This document shows, piece after piece, positions 12,905 through 24,639 of a stretch of 64,000 nucleotides of DNA. The stretch's first letter is position 1. Each line of letters starts with the position of its first letter. The DNA lies in assembly GCF_030144855.1 (NCBI RefSeq), contig NC_082706.1, positions 117,118,001-117,182,000 on the forward strand, read 5' to 3'. The position numbers and the translations under genes are program-made. The stretch is from Hypanus sabinus (lineage: Eukaryota). The notes below the pieces were generated by a model, which was not told where the DNA came from, made no database searches, and saw only the letters and a list, made by a program, of their open reading frames with translations.

Positions 12905-13315
12905 CTCAGCTGGTATTACTTTTGCTCCTAGCAGAGAAAAGGTAGTGGATTCAAGTTCCACTCCAGAAAGCTTAGCACAACAATCCATCCTGATACTCCA
13001 GGGCAATATTGCAGTTGGAATGCTGCCTCACAACAAAAAAACTAAACCGAGAGCCTTTGAGCTCTCTCTGTGGGTACAACTGTGTTGCAGCATTACTTTG
13101 TAGTGCTGGGAAGTGATTCCCTGTATCCAGGCCAGTACTCACTCCTCAATCAAAATTTCCAAAGTAAGTTGTCCAATTAGTAACACACTTCTGCCGAGCA
13201 TCTTGCTCTGTACAAGTTGACCACCAAGTTTCCATATTAGACAAAATTGGTTGTGAAACACATTATATATCCTGAGGGAAGATGAAAGCTGCTATACAAA
13301 ATGCAAGTCTTTTAT
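12905..13315 (+). mobile_element. Ancient DeuSINE (SacSINE1-like)
   Basis: tRNA-like head 'ggattcaagttccactccag', central 'taaaccgag', tail 'aattggttgtgaaac..tcctgagg..tgaaag..gctata..aatgcaagtcttt'. Confidence 0.7.
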
Positions 13316-14214
13316 TTCTCCTTCTTCATGTTCCTTAAACTGCATTCTCATTTTCAAACAAAATCTCACATCCTATCCATTTCAACTACCTCTAATTTTT
13401 ATTAGTTTAAAATTATTCATATCCCTGAAGATGTATGATTTGTTTTGGCCTGAGGGAGGGTAATGTTTAAAACAAATATTAATTAATTATTGCAGCTGAC
13501 ACAGGGAGAGTTATCACTCAGAGCTTGATTGTGATCCATCTTGGCAAGCATTCATTACAGACATTACATGGAAATCACATCAGTCTGATCTTAATACCAA
13601 AAAAAGGTAATGAAATTTCATCAAACCCACTCCCTGTTCATTTGCTTTAAGTAATGGTGGGTGTCTGCGAATTTCTTATCTTTTAATCTTGTGACCTTAA
13701 TTCCCAAATTTATCATTACGTGTTACTTAATTATTAGCTTAGATCACTTTACATTTTAACAAACTGGACACCCATGCTAAATATCTTAACTAATAAAAAT
13801 CTGCTATTTCATTCCACTTCATGTATAAAGTTTCTTTATCTAAGTCAAAATAGTTTCAGCTAAGATTAACAGACGAAAGGCTTAGGGAACCTGGAATGTA
13901 AGGTTTACCAACTGAGAGTAGTTTTAAGCTCTTGCTGCTTGTTCAGCCATGAACATACTATCTCTCACAGCACTGGATTATAGTTGTTATCTGGGTCCCA
14001 AGAATAGATTCATCCTTTCACACTATACTAATCAACTAGCCTGCTGGGTCAATCATCCATTGTTCCCAGGAGAATTACAGACCTGCTGGCTTTATGCAAC
14101 AGGCATTGCCTTTACGTGCTGCAGATCCACTTGGAGTACTGCAGATTTGTCACCCTCATATAAGATTTTAACTTTTGTCATAGGTCATATATTATCTAAA
14201 ACATTAAGAAAGGT

Positions 14215-14510
14215 CTGCATGGTTAGTAATGTTGTCCCACCACACCAGTGACCTGATTTTCATACTAATCATGGGCGTTGTCTTTTTATAATTTGCCTGT
14301 TCTTTCTGTGACCACACAAAATTCTCCGGGCACCCTAATTTCCTCCCCTATCCTAAAAACCATGCAGCTCAGTAAATTAATCGTCTGTTTTGAATTGCTC
14401 TTATTGTATAGATGAGTGATGGGGATAATCGAAATGTGGGGAGATTAAAATGGGCTGGAGTAAAGTAAATGTACTGAAGAGCTTGTTTCTGTGCTATACA
14501 ATTCTATTAA
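14215..14510 (+). mobile_element. Decayed V-SINE
   Basis: 'ggttagtaatgttgtcccaccacaccagtgacctg...tccgggcaccctaatttcctccccta' followed by a CR1-like tail. Confidence 0.6.
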
Positions 14511-14809
14511 ATGGTTTATTGCTTTATTGAAATGCAATAATCACAATGTAACAGTTAATCAGAACAGACATTTAACCCACAACATCCAAATTTATTTCCC
14601 AATTTCAAATTGGGCAGAAAATTGGCTGTGCTAAACTATTATTCTTTGTGGCTGTCTGCAGTTATTTCTCCTTAGTTGCTTTCCAGAGTTGATCATGATC
14701 CTATTCTATGGGGTTGGTGAATGTCTGTCTTTCAAAAGGTGATGATCTTTTGTAAATCTTTATCCCAGTGTGCTACAGAGAGTCAGTCTTTGAGTTGATG
14801 CAGAATGCA

Positions 14810-15480
14810 TTCACAGGATGCTAGCATCTGCAGCAATAAATCTACTGTTGGAAGAACTCATCTGTTCATCCAGTACCTGTGAAAGGAAAGGAATGAAGAA
14901 TAGCCTACATCTATGGTACAGTCATTGATCTTTCCAGTTCTCAACATTATCACAGTTCAACGTTTACCAAGGTTACAAGGTCCTCTCTCCCTCTGTTCAC
15001 CTCTTCCCCCTCTCCATCTCATCCTTACTTGGATCTGTTATCCTCTCCCATGTACTTCCAGCTGCATATCACCCACATTCCAATGCATTTGGGTTTTTCC
15101 CCCTTGATCTACCTTCCTATTCACCTCTGCACCTAGTTACATCTGTACAACATCTTTACCTTATCTGGTACCAAATCCCATTCCAGCCTTTATTTTCTCC
15201 CTCCCCTTCCTAAGCTGGATCTTCGTTCCTCATTTCTTCCCTTGTTTGTTTCCATTCATCATCAATCTCTGTCTCTAAAGTCACTCCCCTTCATTTTGCT
15301 TTTCATCCTCACCCCAGTGCACCTATCACCTACCAAACCCTGTCTCACTGCTCCTGCTCACTTCTATTTACTGGCATTTCCACTCTGCACCCTCAGTCTT
15401 AATGCTGTGTCTTGACCCAAAATAAATGGACCATACCTTTGCCTCCACAAATACAGCTTGATCTCCACTCTTCATCCACA
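14810..15480 (+). mobile_element. Penelope-like relic: inverted pLTR piece (14810-14900) followed by a direct pyrimidine-rich pLTR
   Basis: 14810-14900 is the reverse of the pLTR tail seen at 60370-60450; a decayed hammerhead-like motif lies at 15394-15430. Confidence 0.55.
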
Positions 15481-15620
15481 TATGGGGGCAGAGGTGGACA
15501 TCACAGTGGATTATTAACCCATCTACTGCATTTGTTTTTTATTTTTGGGATGTGGGAGGAAACTAGGATGCGCAAGGGAAACACATAGGGTCACAAGGAG
15601 AACTTGCAAACCACAGATCT
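15480..15620 (-). mobile_element. V-SINE fragment
   Basis: 'ttttgggatgtgggaggaaactagga..ggaaacacatagggtcacaaggagaacttgcaaac'. Confidence 0.6.
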
Positions 15621-16179
15621 ACTAAGTTCCTCCAACACTTTGATTTGAGATAATTTAGAATAAATATTAATAGATTTCCAAACATTAAATGAATCAACAG
15701 ATGTGGGATCCTGATGGAAACTGACACTACGATGAAAGATAATTCATGATCTTGATGAATTTTGGAGTCAACTTGATTGATCTAATTTCAGTTTTGTTTC
15801 TTATGTAGGTATTCTTATCTTCCTGCCTAGCTGTCCAATGACTTGTGTCTCAGGTTGACATTTTCCAGCCTCAGCAGTCCCTCATCAATTAGTTTATCAT
15901 TTGGAAGTGTATTTTGCTGGATTTTTCTGGACAGGTCCACAAAAATGTAAACCTTCCTCAGCTTATGAGGCTCAGTTTTGACCTTAAGAAACAATGTTTC
16001 TGTTCCCTGCCTTTTACTACCCAACAATCCTTTTTGAAGGACCCTGCCTGCATTCTTGGGTTATAAAGCAAGTCTTCCTATTGTTTTGTGTATTAAAACA
16101 AACAGACAAACTGTGAGTCGACATGCAGAGTATACATTAGTACACCTATCCCATTCCCCCTTCTACAATTTGCAAAAAT

Positions 16180-17010
16180 AGGTTTCAATAGGTACATTTA
16201 ATATCAGAGATATGTATACAATATACATCCTGAAATTCTTTTTCTTAGCAAACATCCACAAAAACAGAGGAGCACCCCAAAGAATGAATGACAGTTAAAT
16301 GTTAGAATCCCAAAGCCCCCCCAGCTCTCCCCTCCCACGCACAAGCAGCAGCAAAGCACCAACCACCCCCTCCCACCAGTAAAAAAAGCATTTGCCCCCT
16401 CCACCAAGTATTCAAGATTCAAGCATGCAGCAAAGCATTAATAAAGACACAGACTTGCAGTACCCCAAAGACTACTCGTTCACCCGGTAATAAGACACAC
16501 CAATGGCTCTCTCTCTCTCACATTAATAAAGGAAAAGGAGGTGTCCCTATTTTGCAGTGAGAGGGGAGACACAATGAAACAACTCGCTGATTTAAGGAGT
16601 TAAAAGTCCATTGTGTCAATTTTTGCGAGCTCTGTGGCCAAAGAAGTTGAGTCTCTGACCACACAGTCAGCTTTTGATCTTCCGTGTGCTTCCATGATAC
16701 ATCAGGCAGCGACTAGCCTCAAATCAACCCGTCTCCAGAGCCACGAAAATCTGGCACCCTGAAAGTGCCCTCGTCTTCCAGGCCGCATCCTTGGCAAATC
16801 AAAAAGCGTCGGTTGTGAGGCCATGAGAGCAGATCCCATTTCTGCATAGAACCGAAGTCAGCATGTAACCCCAGGTCAGGGACTTAAAAAGAACCCTGAA
16901 AAGGACAAAAATGAGATATTAAAAATAGAAATAGAGCTGTTTCTGAAGATGCAAGCAAAGGAATCGCCATTAGGTGACATCATCCTAAGCTCCGGCCCGC
17001 CGTTACCTGA
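16180..17010 (-). mobile_element. Non-coding retroposon with a Rex-like 3' tail (non-autonomous, ~830 bp)
   Basis: Minus-strand tail 'aatttcaggatgtatattgtatacat.tctctga.attaaatgtacctattgaaa' parallels the Rex tails here. The body is more GC/CpG-rich than its flanks and has no RT ORF. Confidence 0.55.
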
Positions 17011-17072
17011 AAAATAACTTGTTAAGCTAAATTTCATAAATTGGAAAACTTGGTGAATGCATTTTGGGAATT

Positions 17073-18620
17073 TTCAAAGTTCAAAGTAAATTTTATTATG
17101 AAGTACAAACATGTCACCATATACAACCCTGAGATTCATTTTTTGCTGGGCATACTCAATAAATCTATAGAACAATAAAGATAACAGAATAAATGAAAGT
17201 CCACCCTAATTGGGTATTCATCCGAATGCAGAAGACAACAAACTGTGCAAATAGAAAAATAAATAAATAAATTTGAAATAAATATTGATAACATGAGATG
17301 AAGTGTCCTTGAAAGTGAGTCCATTGGTTGTGGGAACGTTTCAATGATAGGGCAAGTGAAATTGAGTGATGTTATCCCATTTGGCTCAAGAGGCTGATGG
17401 TTGAGGGGTTGAAACCACTCCTGAACCTGGTGGTGTGAGTCCTGAGATCTTGTACCTTCTTTTTGATGGCAGCAGCAAGAAGAGAGCATATTCTGGGTGG
17501 TGGTGGTCCCTGATAATGGATGTAACTTTCCTGCAGTAGCGTTTCATGTAGATGTTCTCAGTGGTTGGAAGAGCTTCAGTCATGATAGACAGGGCTGCAT
17601 CCAATACTTTTAGTAGGATTTTCCATTCAAGGATTTTAGTGTTTCCATACTAAGCTGTGATGCATCCAGTCAATATAACCTCCACTAAGCATCTGTAGAA
17701 GTTTGTCAAAGTTTTAGCTGTCATGCCGAATATCCATAAACTCCCATGGAAAGTAGAGGCCCTGCTGTGGTTTCCTCATAATTGCATACTGATGAGTTGG
17801 ACACAGGACAGATCCTCGGAAATAATAACACCAAGGAACTTAAGTTTGCTAATCCTCTCCACTTCCGATCCTCCAATGAGTTCTGGCTCATGAAGCTCTG
17901 GTTTCCTTCTCATGAAGTCAATAAACAGCTCCTTGGACTTGCTGACATTGAATAAGAGGTTGCTGTTATGAACATCACTGAGCCAGACTTTCAAATCCCT
18001 CCTATATGCTGATTCATCACCACCTTTGATTCAGCCAGCAGCAGTGGTATCATCAGCAAATTTGAATATGTCACTGGAGCTGTGCACAGTCACACAGTGT
18101 AAAGCGAGTAGAACAGGGGGCTGAGCACACAGCCTTGCGTGCACCTGTGTTGATGGAGGTAGTGGAGGAAATGTTGTCGCCAATCCAAACTGACTGTGGT
18201 CTGTAGGTGAGGAAGTCAAGGATCTGATTGAACAGGGAGGTATAGAAGCCAAGGTCTTGAAGCTTATCGATTCTTTTGAGGGGAAGATAGTATTGAATGC
18301 TGAGCTGTAGTTGATAAAGAGCATCCTGATGTCCAAATGTTCCAAGGTTGAGCAAAGAGACAACAAAATGTCATCTGCTGTGGACTTGTTTCTCCAGTAG
18401 GCAAATTAGAGCGGATCCGAGTCACTTCTAAGGCAGGAGTTGAATGAGGAGCCAATGAGATGGCATCTGCTGTGGACTTGTTGCTCCAGCAGGTCCACTG
18501 GCACATTGGAGTTGCTTCTCAGGCAAAATTGGTTATGCTTCACCACTAATCTCTTAAAACACTTCATCACTGTGGATGTAAGTGCTACTGGATGATAGTC
18601 ATTGAAGCAGATTTTCACAC
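17073..18620 (-). mobile_element. Rex1/Babar LINE, 5'-truncated, with an internal ~100-bp tandem duplication
   Basis: '[20 protein letters not shown]', '[15 protein letters not shown]', 'KFADDT', 'HHPEYALFLLLPSKRRY'; same family as 7955-10135. Confidence 0.92.
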
Positions 18621-18837
18621 TCTACTGAGTATAACATATTCCAATGCTCAGAGAACAGTGTGCTGTTCACTATAGTGGAATATAGCTTCATAAATTGAAG
18701 CCATGTACCAAAAAGTGTCAATGGCATTACAACAAAAATAGTCAATCAAACATATTTAAATTGAGGGGCACTTGAATTTCAATTCAAATACTTGTTCAAT
18801 ATAAAAGCCAGGGAAGATTTGATTAAATTTTCATCAG

Positions 18838-18970
18838 GAGGCCTGAGAAGGGTCTTCCCCCTAAATGTCAACTGCACTCTTTTCTATAGATGCTGCCTGG
18901 CCTGCTGAGTTCCTCCAGCATTTGTGTGTGTGTTGCTTGGATTTCCAGCATCTGCTGATTTTCTCTTCTT
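18838..18970 (+). mobile_element. Penelope pLTR 3' end with a decayed hammerhead motif
   Basis: 'cctgagaagggtcttccccctaaatgtcaactg...atagatgctgcctggcctgctgagttcctccagcatttgtgtg'. Confidence 0.75.
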
Positions 18971-19706
18971 CTTAAATTTGCTTTAAGTACTTCTTACAGC
19001 TCCCCATATTTTAAAGGAAATATTCTTTACTGACTTCAATGACTGACCCATTCCTAAACTAGCTATCAATAAGAAAGCATGGCTTTGTTTCTCCTGTTTT
19101 GAATTTCTTTGTGAGGTAAAATGAGGGCGACATATCAACACTAATGTTTTCAGCTGTTTTTGTAAATATCGTTCTGATTTTTATTTTGTTTATACTTACA
19201 CTTTTTTTTTAGATTTTGTCATTAATGTCAAAGACAGCAGTTGTTACTTAATATAATTGACTCTTGATGCTGAGCTATCATCCCATTTGTTAAAGTAATC
19301 TTCAAATGCCATTAGGAGTCAGTTGCAAGAGAAAAACTCAGCAGCAGTGAATGAACATATTTCCCATGAAATAAGTTGACAAGAAGCTTCACATTGTGCT
19401 GTTCCTATACCCTTGCTGCCCCGATGCTTTTGGAGGAAGAAAGGGTGGTTTCATTTCAATAGGCCAGTCAAGAAGTTGCAATGCATTTTAATTGTTCAAC
19501 ATCTTTCACAACTAGATGTGGCAGGACTGGAGAGTTTTGCTCTGATCTGTGGATTGCTCATACTGTTTTTGCTGTTCAACTGTGTAGCAGTCTCTCTTGC
19601 TTGGAAGCTTCCTTTGTAGCCGACTGTGGTGTTGCTCCTGACATACCCACCTCTCCTGCAACCACTGATCATTACCTGCTTGTTAGTGATAGCAGAGTGA
19701 TTAAAG

Positions 19707-20275
19707 AATAGCTTTATTTTTCACATGTACGATACCATGCAAAAGTCATAAACACACGTGTATATAAATATAGCCAGGGTGCCTAAGACGTTTGCATAGC
19801 ACTGTAGCAACTTTATGCATTGCTGCTGGAAAAAATAATTTCATGACATGTGAATGATGATAAACCTGACTCTGACATGGGTCTCTATTCTATATATATG
19901 TAGGACTGAATATGGAAAGAGAGCAGGGAGAGGGAGCGGGAAGCACCAGAGAAACATTCAGTAATGATAACAAATACAATACTGTATGAAAGTCTTAGGC
20001 ACCCCAGCTATACGCTGTAGATATAGTGTAGACTTTTGCAGAGTACTGTACATTGAAACCTGCAGTGAAGATGCGTCATTTTGCATCGACAGCCAGCACA
20101 GTATAAGGATGTGCTGGGGAAGCCCGGAAGTACTGCAATGCTTTCAGTACCAATGTAGCATGCCCACAGCTTACTAAACCTAGGGGGAGGAAATATAGCA
20201 CCAAGAGGAAACCCACGTGGTCATGGGGAGCACCTATAAACACCTCACAGACAACAGAAGAATTGAACATAATGT
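19707..20275 (-). mobile_element. SINE-like retroposon (V-domain plus distinct tail) hosting a composite MITE
   Basis: Tail 'agctttatttttcacatgta|cattgaaacctgcagtgaa...' matches the reverse complement of 34380-34505; V-domain at 20200-20270. Confidence 0.7.
19730..20048. mobile_element. Composite Tc1/mariner-type MITE: two ~75-bp palindromic units (19730-19804, 19977-20048) flanking ~170 bp of cargo; TA TSD
   Basis: Each unit has TIRs approximating CAGTACTGTGCAAAAGTCTTAGGCAC. TA at 19728-29 and 20049-50; the host repeat rejoins cleanly when the block is removed. Confidence 0.8.
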
Positions 20276-20434
20276 TTGTACATTGATATCTGAGATGGTT
20301 TACATTTTTACATCCCTTAATAAAGGTGTTTTATTATTAAAGACACTAAGGAAGCATCTATTATTTGTTTGTTATGTGCCGTGTCAATATGACCATCAAT
20401 GTGGTCAGCTTTCCATGAACAAATTGTTTATTAA

Positions 20435-20695
20435 GATACAACGTGGAATAGGCTCTTTCAGCTTTTTCAGCCAGACTGCCTAGCAACCCCCAATTTAACC
20501 CTAGCCTAATCAAAGGATAATTTGCAATGACCAATTAGCATACCAACTGGTACCTCTTTGAACTGTGGGAGGAAACTGGAGCACCCAGAAGAAACCCACG
20601 TGGTTACGGGGAGAACATACAAACAGCTTAGAGACAGCAGAGTGAATTGAACATGGGTCACCGGTACTGTAAAACATTGTGCAAATACTGAGCTA
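20435..20695 (-). mobile_element. V-SINE
   Basis: 'tctttgaactgtgggaggaaactggagcacccagaagaaacccacgtggttacggggagaacatacaaac'. Confidence 0.8.
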
Positions 20696-20754
20696 TCTTT
20701 ACTATAGAACTGGTTCTATACTTCAGCAGAACTGGAAATAGTTACAGACAAAAG

Positions 20755-23700
20755 TGCTGTATTTAATATTTCAGTAATATTTGAGTAAGTTTCTGTTTAT
20801 TTACATTATGAATTGTGTTTTATACATAAGAAATATGTGAATGGAATATGTCATTAAGCCACCCCATTTTAAGTGTGTACCTCACCAAAGTAAGAAGGAA
20901 GTAAACACATTATTCCCAACTCCGTAGTTTCATGTTTTGGAATTACAAAACATATAAGTGGTGACGAGGTAATTTTAAAACATACCTGAGATGACTACCT
21001 ACATGTTAAAGCACAGCACATTTAATTGTTCTTCAAAAGGGAGACAGAGAAAGAGAAAGGGAGAGAGAGACAGGGAGAGAGAAAAAGTACAACATATGTT
21101 TCTTCAGAAAGAGACTGGGTTGGCCAAGTTAAATAAAAAGCAGAAAATGGACAAATTCATAGGTTTATAAACTCTGAGTAATGGGTGATAGTAATAAACA
21201 AAAAAGCAGTAATGGTTGGCTACATTAGAAAGATAGATGTGTTTGATGTACAACAGATAACTGGATGACATATACTGAATGAATTGAGCAGTATTTTAAA
21301 GCAAATGAAATGACCAGTGAAAAGTGAGTGCCAGTGGTACCGAATGCAATAGGTGGAACAGCACAGAGTTTGTATAGAAGTTCAACTGCTCCAAACAAAC
21401 CAACCAAACTCAGCATTACTGATATCATAAAAGTAATGTGAGAACAATTGATGATTGAAGAACATTTTAAGTTTCATAAGTGGAATCAGAAAGCAGAGCA
21501 TTTCATTTCAGCTTATGTGGTTGAATTGAAGAGACTGTCTGAGCATTGTCAGTTCAGTAATGATGCACTGAGAGATTATTTAGTTTATGGAATCTTACAA
21601 GAAAGCATTCAAAAATGACTTTCAACTGAAGCATATCTCACGTTTTAAAGAGCAGTTGGAATCACTGTATCAATAGAAGTCGCAGTCAGAGACAAAATTG
21701 GGTTGCAGATATGAATGTGAGTGTGAACAAATTTACACCATTTAAACAGGAAATGGTCTGGCTGAACAAATTGTGTTAACATTGTGGCAGGGAGTCACAT
21801 ACACCAGACCAATGCAGGGTTAAGTGTGAAACTTTCAGTAAATGCAACAGACTAGGACACACACAAAGCGTGTATCAAGCAGACAAAAAATAAATGAACT
21901 GCATGAAGAGAAAAAAGATAAAAAGTCAAGTTGCAATTTCTAAAAGAGCAGTATTCTGTAATTTGTTCATGAAAAATCTGATAATGATGAGAGTGACACA
22001 GGTATAGATAGCCTTGGGATGTACCATGTAAAAACTAACAGGAGGCAAGCAATATGACTTCTACCAAAAGTGAATGACAAAATGAGTTTGAACAGCATTT
22101 CAAAGATACTAAACTGATGCCTGCATATATACAACTAAGAACTTCTACCAGGTAAAAGATAACTCCTGTGGGAATGACATTTATAATGGTGAAATAGAAC
22201 AATCAGCAAGCCACATCAAATTTGTATGTGGTAAAAACAGGATGGTCAGTATTCAATGAAGGAGACAACTACAGCTTGATTGTAGATCCATCCACCATTT
22301 GCAGCCACATCTCCTGCAATAAAGTCAACTAAAAGCAAGTTCAGAAAGTTACTGGATGATGCCATAACAGTGTTCAAGGATGGCATTTGAGAACTCTAAC
22401 AAATCAAGGGTAAAATAGTTTTAAATAAGAATGCCATACCCAAGTGTTACTATGTCTATCCAGCTCCTCATACAATCTGTGATAAAATAGCCAGTGAGCT
22501 AGGTCACATGGAGACTGACAGAATTTTCTTCAAGGTTGAGTGGAGCCCATGGGCAATGCCAATGGTTTGAGCAGCCAAGAAGGATAGGTCTGTAGGATTT
22601 GTGGTGATTCTAAGGTTAACATCAACCCTGTACTGAAAGTAGATCAATACCCTCTGCCCAGGATAGAGGATATCTTTGCAAACCTTTTGGAGGGAAACAA
22701 TTCAGCCAAGTGGACTTAGCTGAAGCCTACCTGCAGATAGAGATGGAAGAGGAGTCCAAAATGTTTCTTACAATAAATACTCACAATGGGCTTTATCTCT
22801 ACAAAAAACTTACTTTCGATGTAACATCTGGATGAGGTGCTGCAAGACTGTCCAGGCACTTAGTGTTACCTGCATGACATCATTGTTACAGGTGAGGATG
22901 AGAAGGAACATCTCCAAAATATCAAGACATTGTTAAAAAGATTAGATTATGTGCCAAGAGCACAACACAATAAGCATGAACTTTTAAAACCAGACTTTAC
23001 TTACAGTGGTCACACTACTGACACACAAGATTTACACAGTGGTTCATAACTCAAGACCAAAGAACGTGTCACAGTTGTGGGTCTATTTAGGATTTGTAAA
23101 TTATCATAACAGGTTCTTGCTAAACTTGACTATTGTGTTCCATCCCTTGAATTCATTATTACAGATCGGGAAGGAATGACAATGAACAAAGCAGTGTGAG
23201 GTGGCTTTCAAAAGACAAAGGAATTGGTAACATCAGACGCTGTACTTACACATCATGATCCACACTGTTCTGTGATCTTTGCCTGTAACACTTCGACTTA
23301 TAGTATAGGTGCAGTCATATCACATGTTATGAGTGATGGAAGCAAATGCCCTGTAGCCTTTGCATCATGTTCCCTTACCCCTGCAGAGAAGAGTTATGCA
23401 CAGATTGACAGAAAGGACTTTGATCTAGTTTGTGGTGAGAACCTTTTCAGTCAGTACCTGTAGGAGAGAGTTTACCCTTATTACTCACCATCAAACACTT
23501 GTGTCCATTTTCAATCCACAGAAAGGTGTTTCCCTAACAGCAGCAGCATGAATGCAGAAGAGGGCTCTGTTACTTGGAGGACTTAATTATAATATTGAAT
23601 TCAAAAGGTTAACCAATCATGAAAATGCTGATGTATTGTCCCATTTATTCTTGGAAGATGCTACATCAGAAAAACTTGCAAGAGTTTACTCTCCTCTTGA

Positions 23701-24630
23701 CATCTCTCCCTCATGCAAATCAAGTCCCCTTTTATGGCAAAAATGATTGAAAGGGAAACTAGAAAAGACCACATACATTCTCCGGTCTACATGGTGACCC
23801 AAAATAGTTGGAATGTGCAACAGAAATTCCCGTTCCCTAATCTTTACCAATACGGGATGAACTTGCCCTTGATGGGGGTTGCCTTATGTAGGGATTCAGT
23901 GTTGTTTTACCATCCAAGCTGTGAGCTAATGTGCTGGAGGAGCTACATAGTAGACAGCTAGCCATGGCCAAGATAAAAGCGTTGACCTGAAGCTTTGTCT
24001 GGTGGCTTAGGATAGGTCAGTAGTTCAAGCAGTTTGCTCTGTTAGAGGATTCATGTGGATTTTTCTGGGCCATTCATGGGCATAAATTTCTTAGTAGTAG
24101 TGGATGCAGCTACAATGTGGCCAGAAGTGTTCCCAATAACCTCCAGCACAGTCTTACACACTGTTGATGTATTGATAAGCCTCTTCTCAAGGACTGGTGT
24201 CTCAGCACACTTAATCAGTGACAATAGACCACAGTTTGTTGCAGAACAGGTTCAGTCATCCTTGAAAATGAACGGAATAAGACAAATTTCACCTGCACAA
24301 TTGCTTGGTGGAAAAATTTGTCCAGAGTCTAAAGAAAGCACAGTGAGCAACGTCAGGAGAACACACTACTCTGACACTGATTCAGAAGCTCACTGATTCC
24401 CTCCTGCATATCACAATGTAACATAGCCCACAGCCAACAACGCACCAGCTATGCTGTTCCTTGCACAATGTAACATACCCCACAACCAATCTCAACCACC
24501 ATGGAGGAAGCCCCAGAAATTGACATTGTTTCACTGCCCCAAGACTCTCCTGCCAAATAGATTTTGAACCCTTGTCTGAAAATACATTATCCCATAGAGT
24601 AAGAAGTTCTCCACAGTGATTAAATCTTTG
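20755..24630 (+). mobile_element. Decayed Ty3/Gypsy retrotransposon (Mag / K02A2.6-like) with 5' LTR and PBS; 3' LTR not seen
   Basis: Short LTR ~20755-20957; gag 'MVGYI..IEQYFKANE' from 21213; double Zn-knuckle relic ~21775-21875; RT '[30 protein letters not shown]' and 'CYLHDIIVTG' (~22864); RNaseH 'IGAVISH..PVAFASCSLTPAEKSYAQID'; IN 'DFSGPFMG..LVVVDA..WPEV..SDNRPQF'. Confidence 0.92.
20959..20969 (+). promoter_or_regulatory. Primer-binding site, tRNA-Ser(GCU)-type
   Basis: TGGTGACGAGG lies right after the LTR and equals TGGCGACGAGG with one CpG transition, complementary to a tRNA-Ser 3' end. Confidence 0.7.
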
Positions 24631-24639
24631 AGGAGGGGC

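Noticed and set aside
19490-19690. GC-richer stretch with open frames on both strands, as a possible exon
   Set aside because: Translations resemble no known protein and no consistent acceptor-donor pair was found.
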